IMG/VR virus record: IMGVR_UViG_3300029922_000022
Origin: an uncultured virus (IMG/VR IMGVR_UViG_3300029922_000022)
Lineage: Duplodnaviria; Heunggongvirae; Uroviricota; Caudoviricetes
DNA length: 61,209 nucleotides
Strand: one strand, 5' to 3'
Shown here piece by piece: positions 55,594 through 61,209 of the stretch. The notes below the pieces were generated by a model. It had not been told where the DNA came from, did no database searches, and saw only the letters and a program-made list of their open reading frames with translations. Position 1 is the stretch's first letter, and each line of letters opens with the position of its first letter. The position numbers were made by a program, and so were the translations under genes.

Positions 55594-57766
55594 AGAGTTT
55601 ATAAAAAATATAATATATTTCATAATTCAATTAATTGAAAAATATGAATTTAGAAATTTTAATCCAAATGAAGAAGATATAATGAAGAAATTTGTTAATA
55701 CGATATTCCTTGATAAAGAAATATTAGTAGAAACAGATTACGGATTCGTACCAGTCACAGAAATGAATATCACTCAACCATTTCAAAGATATAGATTAGA
55801 ATTAGAAAATGAATTATGGTTAGAATGCGCTGATACACATACAATATATTGTAAAGATCATGAAATAAAAATGTTAATAGATTTAACTACAGATGATTAT
55901 ATTTTAACTAAAAAAGGTGAAAGTAAAGTTAAAAAAATCACCAAATTAAAAACTAAAGTGAGTATGTTTGATTTATCTATAGATACACCAGAAATGAGTT
56001 ACTATACAAATGATATACTTTCACATAATACTGTTTCCGCAGCCATTGTGCTTCTTCATTTCGTGTTATTTAATGATGATAAAGGATGTATGGTAGTTGC
56101 GAATAAAGGAAAAACAGTAAAAGAAATCATAAGAAAAATAAAAGATATTTATAAATTAGTACCTTTCTTTCTTAAAAAAGGAGTAACTAACTGGAATGAA
56201 ACTCAGATAGCATTTGAAAATAATTCAAGAATACAAACAGAAAATAGAACCAAGGATCCCTCGATCGGATTTACTATAGATTTCCTTTATCTTGATGAGT
56301 TTGCACATATTCCAGACAATTTCATCAGAGATTATTATGGAGCTATTATACCAGTTGTATCTTCTGTTAATAATTCTCATATAGTAATAACATCAACTCC
56401 AAATGGTTATAATATGTTTTGGGAGTTATTTACCAATGCAGAATTACCAGAGGATGATCCTTTAAAGAATCCGTATAAGGCTATGAGGGTTTTATGGACT
56501 CAGGTTCCAGGTAGGGAGGATACAAAGATTAAGATGATGGATGCAAAATTAAAGAAATTTAATTTAGCTAAATCCACTGTGTTGCGTGAGATAAGGGATA
56601 AATATGATATTACTTTATACAAGAAGCGTATAGGAGAGGATATGTTTGATTGTGTTACGTATGACATTAAGAATGAGAAAACTCACATAGATAATATAAG
56701 AAAGATAAGGATAAATGGTATTCCTTTACCTGAACTTGCTGTTGTTAGTAATTGGCAGGAAGAGGAGACTAAATTATTATTATCGTCAGATAAATTTGAT
56801 CAAGAATATGGTTTACATTTTGTCACAGGAGATAAAATTTTATTTAATAAAGATACCATAGATTTATTAAAGAGTAATCAAATTTCATTTGATAATATTA
56901 ATATTAATCAATTTGAAAAATTTAAAATTCCATATGATTCATTAAAATTTGTAAAAGATTTAAATTTATTTAATGTTAATAGGGCTAAGGAATATTATAC
57001 TGTAATATCAGTCGATTTATCAGAAGGTTTAGCAAAGGATTATTCTGTTATAAACATATTCAGATTAGCGTTACGAGATAAAAATGAAATAGAAAAATAT
57101 CATTATGATAATTTACAAGATTTATTTAAGCTTGAGCAAATAGGATTATTCAGAAACAATTTATATTCTATTAGAGAAATTGCGCATATATTATATTTAA
57201 TTGCGTTTGAATTGTTTGATCCTGAAAAAACTAAAATTGTGCTTGAATATAATACATATGGCTCTGAATTATTAGCTCATTTACCTAATGTATTTGATGG
57301 TAAGAATAATTATTCTAATTCAGTATTTTTGAGATATAAGCATAACAGGGAAGATGCTGTAGGAAAGATAGGTATGAAATTAAGTAAAGATAAGCATTTG
57401 ATTATTGATAAGGAATTTCAGCAGTCTATTAGAAATAAAAAGATGATATTACATAGTGAGATAAATATAAAGGAAATTACCACTTTTAGTAAGCATGAGA
57501 CACCTTCTGGACTGGTTACATACAAAGCTGAGAGCGGACATGATGATGTTGTAATGACAACGATAACACTATCCACATGCTTTGATAATATTGGATATAA
57601 AAACTTAATAGAATTATATGTTAATAATAATATTCAAGGAGATATGTTAAGATATGTTGAAAATATTACAAGTATGTCAGAAAATACTACTGGTATAATT
57701 GGAGCCCATAATAGAATATACAGAAAAAATCCAACTCTTTCTGGTTCAAGATATCCTGGAAGATAA
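55586..57766 (+). CDS. terL: Split intein IntC (148 aa, to 56029) plus terminase large subunit C-fragment (578 aa)
   Basis: VETDYG, LECADTH (block B), MFDLSI (block F), YYTNDILSHN|T (block G); then LYLDEFAH, ITSTPNG, VDLSEG..KDYS and HDDVVM. Confidence 0.92.
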   Translation: MIKEFIKNIIYFIIQLIEKYEFRNFNPNEEDIMKKFVNTIFLDKEILVETDYGFVPVTEMNITQPFQRYRLELENELWLECADTHTIYCKDHEIKMLIDLTTDDYILTKKGESKVKKITKLKTKVSMFDLSIDTPEMSYYTNDILSHNTVSAAIVLLHFVLFNDDKGCMVVANKGKTVKEIIRKIKDIYKLVPFFLKKGVTNWNETQIAFENNSRIQTENRTKDPSIGFTIDFLYLDEFAHIPDNFIRDYYGAIIPVVSSVNNSHIVITSTPNGYNMFWELFTNAELPEDDPLKNPYKAMRVLWTQVPGREDTKIKMMDAKLKKFNLAKSTVLREIRDKYDITLYKKRIGEDMFDCVTYDIKNEKTHIDNIRKIRINGIPLPELAVVSNWQEEETKLLLSSDKFDQEYGLHFVTGDKILFNKDTIDLLKSNQISFDNININQFEKFKIPYDSLKFVKDLNLFNVNRAKEYYTVISVDLSEGLAKDYSVINIFRLALRDKNEIEKYHYDNLQDLFKLEQIGLFRNNLYSIREIAHILYLIAFELFDPEKTKIVLEYNTYGSELLAHLPNVFDGKNNYSNSVFLRYKHNREDAVGKIGMKLSKDKHLIIDKEFQQSIRNKKMILHSEINIKEITTFSKHETPSGLVTYKAESGHDDVVMTTITLSTCFDNIGYKNLIELYVNNNIQGDMLRYVENITSMSENTTGIIGAHNRIYRKNPTLSGSRYPGR

Positions 57767-57836
57767 ATAATTTTATATTTTTAATAAACAATATTTCAAA
57801 ATAATTATATATTAGATAAATTAAACTCAAATATAA

Positions 57837-58604
57837 ATGACAGCAAAATTAGATTCTTATAAATTCTCAATGAATTTAACACAATTAGCATTTTTCTTAG
57901 ATAAGGTTCATGATTTAACTGCGATAGACAATGAAATTCTATTGAAGATTGATAAAGAAAATATTTTATTATATGCTGCAGTAGGTGAAAAAAATAACAT
58001 TAATGCATTTAAATCTTTTATATTTAAAACTGATGAAATTTTTTCATTTAGTTCGGATATAGAAAAAGAAATAAGATTTATCATAGTTAATGCTAAGAAA
58101 TTTGAAACAACATTAAAAAATTATTTAGATTATCAAGATGATATTAAATGTGAATTTTTTATGAATGATGATACATATGTTGACAATTTAAAATTAAAAA
58201 ATTCAAAATTAAAATTGAGTATTATAGGTGGAGATTGTCGTGCAGTAAATACCAATATTGACATGACAATGATAGGTAATATTACAGATAAAAATTTAAT
58301 TGATTTTCAATTTTCTCTTGATAAGAATTCTTTCACTAAAATAAAAAAAATTGGAGATATAGATAATGAAAATGATATTTTAACATTGAATATTATAGAT
58401 AATAGACTTACTATTGGTGAAAATGGATGGGATCTTGAAATATGTGAACTTGATCATGATGAATTAAATATAACATTTCCTAAAAAATATTTCAAATCTA
58501 TAACTTTTACTGAGGATTCAATAACAGTATATGTTTTTGATAATTTTATATTAATTGATAATAAAAATACTACATTATTAATTGCATTAGAATTAATAAT
58601 ATAA
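57837..58604 (+). CDS. Putative sliding clamp (gp45/PCNA-like)
   Basis: 255 aa with a two-fold repeated beta/alpha pattern; a clamp loader is present in the window. Confidence 0.55.
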   Translation: MTAKLDSYKFSMNLTQLAFFLDKVHDLTAIDNEILLKIDKENILLYAAVGEKNNINAFKSFIFKTDEIFSFSSDIEKEIRFIIVNAKKFETTLKNYLDYQDDIKCEFFMNDDTYVDNLKLKNSKLKLSIIGGDCRAVNTNIDMTMIGNITDKNLIDFQFSLDKNSFTKIKKIGDIDNENDILTLNIIDNRLTIGENGWDLEICELDHDELNITFPKKYFKSITFTEDSITVYVFDNFILIDNKNTTLLIALELII

Positions 58605-58606
58605 AT

Positions 58607-58640
58607 AAAAAAAGAGTCAATTTAATTTGACTCTTTTTTT
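58607..58640. terminator. Bidirectional intrinsic terminator
   Basis: aaaaaaagagtcaa...ttgactcttttttt. Confidence 0.8.
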
Positions 58641-59062
58641 ATTTCTTCTATTTTACATAATTTATAATCTCTTAATTCTTTAATTGATATACTATCATCA
58701 CTTTTATTTATACTAGAAGTTTCACTATAATATCCATTTGATGAACCATACCAACGTATTGTAACATAACCATTTTTTGTTGCAAATTTGTAAAATGTCC
58801 AAGTACCAGATTCTGATGCATCTGGATCATTTTGTGTAGTTTCTTCTGCTTGTAATAATGGATCAAATCGTAAATCATTTAAATCACCATTTATATCCTC
58901 AATTCTAACGCATTCACAACAATCATTTTCATGATATTGATCATATATCTCGCCATTAGATAAATAAAATCTAATTAAATCATCTGTTTTAGTATTATCT
59001 CTAACTAATTCTATTTTTATTATAACTTTACCTAGTAATTCATCGTATATTCTAACTGACAT
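58622..59062 (-). CDS. Conserved phage protein (DUF7448-like) with RxxKL tail
   Basis: H..DCCE.V.IEDI.GDL, TWTFYK and RWYGSSNGYYSE motifs. Confidence 0.7.
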   Translation of the reverse strand: MSVRIYDELLGKVIIKIELVRDNTKTDDLIRFYLSNGEIYDQYHENDCCECVRIEDINGDLNDLRFDPLLQAEETTQNDPDASESGTWTFYKFATKNGYVTIRWYGSSNGYYSETSSINKSDDSISIKELRDYKLCKIEEIKKESN

Positions 59063-59064
59063 AT

Positions 59065-59583
59065 TTATTTTGGTATTTTAATATTATTATGTTCAAAAAA
59101 ATATAGAAGAGCTTCAGCGTTTCCAATACAATCAAAAACAGGATTATGATTATGTTCAGTTTTTCTATGTTTTTTCCATTTGTAATATAAATTGTGTTCT
59201 GCTCCACAAAATAAATCTCCTATTCTACGACTGGACCAACCAAATGGATTACTACCTGTATATTTAATAATATACCAATTTATCCATGAAAAATCGTAAC
59301 TATTGTTATCTGATATTAAAATTGGTCTTCCTTTTGAATTTTCTGAAATCCATTTAGTAAATTCTATCATTACATTTTCTGGATCATCAAAAGTTTCGTG
59401 TTCATCTCTCGAAAATCCACTAATTGCAAGGGATTCAGCATTGTAAATATTAGAAATTGGTTTTGTTTTACCATAAAATGTTTTAGTTAAACTTGGTTCA
59501 ACTATTACTGCACCGAAACAAATCATTGAGTTTTCACCTAATAATGGACCATCCGATTCAACATCAACTACAATATAACTCAT
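59065..59583 (-). CDS. DEDDh 3'-5' exonuclease
   Basis: VDVESDGP, N.SYDFSW and HNPVFD motifs. Confidence 0.82.
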   Translation of the reverse strand: MSYIVVDVESDGPLLGENSMICFGAVIVEPSLTKTFYGKTKPISNIYNAESLAISGFSRDEHETFDDPENVMIEFTKWISENSKGRPILISDNNSYDFSWINWYIIKYTGSNPFGWSSRRIGDLFCGAEHNLYYKWKKHRKTEHNHNPVFDCIGNAEALLYFFEHNNIKIPK

Positions 59584-59596
59584 TTAAATCTTATTT

Positions 59597-60001
59597 TTAA
59601 TTATTTTTTATACTATTATTATCTTTTAATAATAATTCTAATCCTGGATGTTTTTTATTTAATTTTAGTAATTCATCAAATGTTACCCATTTATAACATT
59701 CTGATTCCCAATTCAATTTTGGAGTAAATTCATCTTCTATAATAGTTAAAAAATTATGATATTCAAAAGTTTTATTTTTATTTATAAACACAAAAAGAGG
59801 TATTAAATCAACAATTATACCATTATAATTGGATTCTTCATATAATTCACATAAAACAGTAGACTCAATACTATCTTCATCTTCAACTTTACCTCCCCAT
59901 AATCCATATGTATGAGGTTCATTAACATATTTAGATCTATAATTTAATAAAAATCTTTTGGTTTTTTTGGATAATACTATAGCGCCTGCTCCATAATTTC
60001 C
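59597..60001 (-). pseudogene. NUDIX hydrolase, 3' part, interrupted by the IS element
   Basis: Open frame without a start: GNYGAGAIV...NEPHTYGLWGGKVEDED.....ELYEE...LNWE..KWV...HPGL. Confidence 0.75.
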
Positions 60002-61209
60002 CGATTATAAAATCTTACTCAAACTTACTTATAAGTTTTTATTTGGTTAAAATCTTACTGATTCGCTCCTTTTTTACGAGGTCTTGGTTGGATCGGTTTT
60101 TAATTCTTCCAACCGTTTGGTTAAGATAGTTTTCACAGTTTTGTATGGGGTAAAAAGTGTTATCTCTTTATCATAACTTCGTTGTAAAACTATCTTTGCT
60201 GATGCATGTCCAGAATTCACACCCTCGTGATTATCACATTTATGATTATCACAATAAAAAATATCATTTGTTTTATGACCGAAGTCATGACACAAAGGAC
60301 ATTCTTGTGATGTGTAAGCTGCATTACATTCAATTATTTTTATATTATTTTCTTCTGCTTTATAATCAACTCTTTCCTGTAAGTATCCTTTAGTCCAAGT
60401 TGAAAGTAAACGATTAATTCTTTTCTTTCGTATTTTTTTGGCTTTACTAGTGAAATCTAGTTTTTCCATTATTATTTCTTTTGGTTTTTCAGTAAGAATC
60501 ATTTGATTAACTGCCATATTAACATGTTTATGAATCTCTTCTTGTAAAGCATTCTTTATTCTGTTATATTTCTTTTTACCAAGATTGAACTTCTTAATGT
60601 TATCTATCTTCTTTAAATCTTTATCTTCCTTAATTTTATTATAATAATATTGCCTTTTACTATTCTTTTCCTGAAGTTTATCACTCAATGAAACTATTTT
60701 ACCATTTAATTTAACTCCGTATGATGTTTCATTACTGGTGTCAAAACAATTAATATAATTCTTATCTACACCTATTCTATCTTGTTCATATTCAATTGTT
60801 TTCGTTTTTATATTGATTGCATTTGAAATACGAATTCTATCATCTTCTATCACTATTCTAATGCTACCAGTAAACCTATCATTAGTGTTGACTTTAAATT
60901 TAAACCTTTTATTCTTAACTAAAGAAGTTATTAATATATTTACAGAGTCATCATAACTATACATTTCACTATCAATCAACATGGATAGTTTTTGTGTCTT
61001 TGATATTATTGGTTTGTTTTTGCGAATCAATCTACGAATCAACTTGAAAATCTTTAGTTTATCAATATTATCAAACTTATCTACATCAAACTTGATGTTA
61101 GTTAGTATATTAAATAAAAATAATTTATTCTTTAACATAGTATATGCAAATATTCTTTCTTCTTTGGTTAACTTTGATTTGTTTATATCCTTTCTGGTTT
61201 TCTTTAATG
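60001..61209 (-). mobile_element. Right part of an IS607/IS200-605-type TnpB element (left end outside the window)
   Basis: tnpB followed by a ~70-nt end with direct repeats (agtaagatttta x2, agtaagttt) ending in GG at the junction with the NUDIX frame. Confidence 0.7.
60074..61209 (-). CDS. tnpB: TnpB-family protein, 5'-truncated by the window edge; RuvC-III Asp apparently lost
   Basis: IGVD, IIMEKL and AYTSQECPLC..FYC..C motifs; the frame stays open to the window edge. Confidence 0.85.
   Translation of the reverse strand, partial: LKKTRKDINKSKLTKEERIFAYTMLKNKLFLFNILTNIKFDVDKFDNIDKLKIFKLIRRLIRKNKPIISKTQKLSMLIDSEMYSYDDSVNILITSLVKNKRFKFKVNTNDRFTGSIRIVIEDDRIRISNAINIKTKTIEYEQDRIGVDKNYINCFDTSNETSYGVKLNGKIVSLSDKLQEKNSKRQYYYNKIKEDKDLKKIDNIKKFNLGKKKYNRIKNALQEEIHKHVNMAVNQMILTEKPKEIIMEKLDFTSKAKKIRKKRINRLLSTWTKGYLQERVDYKAEENNIKIIECNAAYTSQECPLCHDFGHKTNDIFYCDNHKCDNHEGVNSGHASAKIVLQRSYDKEITLFTPYKTVKTILTKRLEELKTDPTKTS

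Noticed and set aside
50951..56030. RNA intron (group I/II or GTAAGT donor) joining the terL halves
   Set aside because: Both junctions have protein-splicing residues (Cys1; His-Asn/Thr+1), the spacer has a terminator and opposite-strand genes, and no intron core was recognised; GTAAGT is simply Gly-Lys-Cys coding
1828..60393. Other short antisense ORFs (e.g. 1828, 10411, 10733, 15989, 17314, 18093, 18190, 19382, 19630, 21192, 24717, 26486, 34379, 36090, 44096, 47484, 49329, 53549, 54210, 60157)
   Set aside because: They overlap well-supported genes on the opposite strand and have Phe/Ser/Leu/Ile-rich antisense composition
1..61209. CRISPR array
   Set aside because: All tandem repeats seen are in-frame coding repeats without unique spacers; no cas genes other than tnpB
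1..61209. Stop-codon reassignment as in some huge phages
   Set aside because: Core genes are full length in the standard code, and TAA, TAG and TGA all occur as plausible stops

Overview
Very AT-rich (roughly 20-25% GC by eye, not computed) segment of a large T4-superfamily (jumbo/huge) myophage using the standard genetic code. The host is probably Bacteroidota: leaders are A-rich without Shine-Dalgarno sites and there is one TAnnTTTG promoter. The window holds the head module (gp55 late sigma, gp4, gp2, portal, protease-scaffold, major capsid), gp15/gp6/gp25-like tail and baseplate genes, clamp, clamp loader and RNase H, a 10-gene glycosylation cluster, nine free-standing endonuclease genes and the right end of a TnpB element. 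Main findings: (1) The large terminase is fractured inside its Walker A motif by an atypically split intein. The halves lie ~4.5 kb apart, appear to be separately transcribed, and carry extra amphipathic helices. (2) About 20 otherwise unrelated small proteins share an N-terminal leader like the T4 capsid-targeting sequence (e.g. MITKFKLFE), many in a tandem array, suggesting a large packaged and injected cargo repertoire. (3) Degenerate mini-paralogs of the prohead protease, major capsid and possibly the scaffold each carry an RxxKLxxL tag. (4) Synonymously recoded patches occur in core genes next to endonuclease genes. All functional calls come from motif recognition by eye; no database searches were run.
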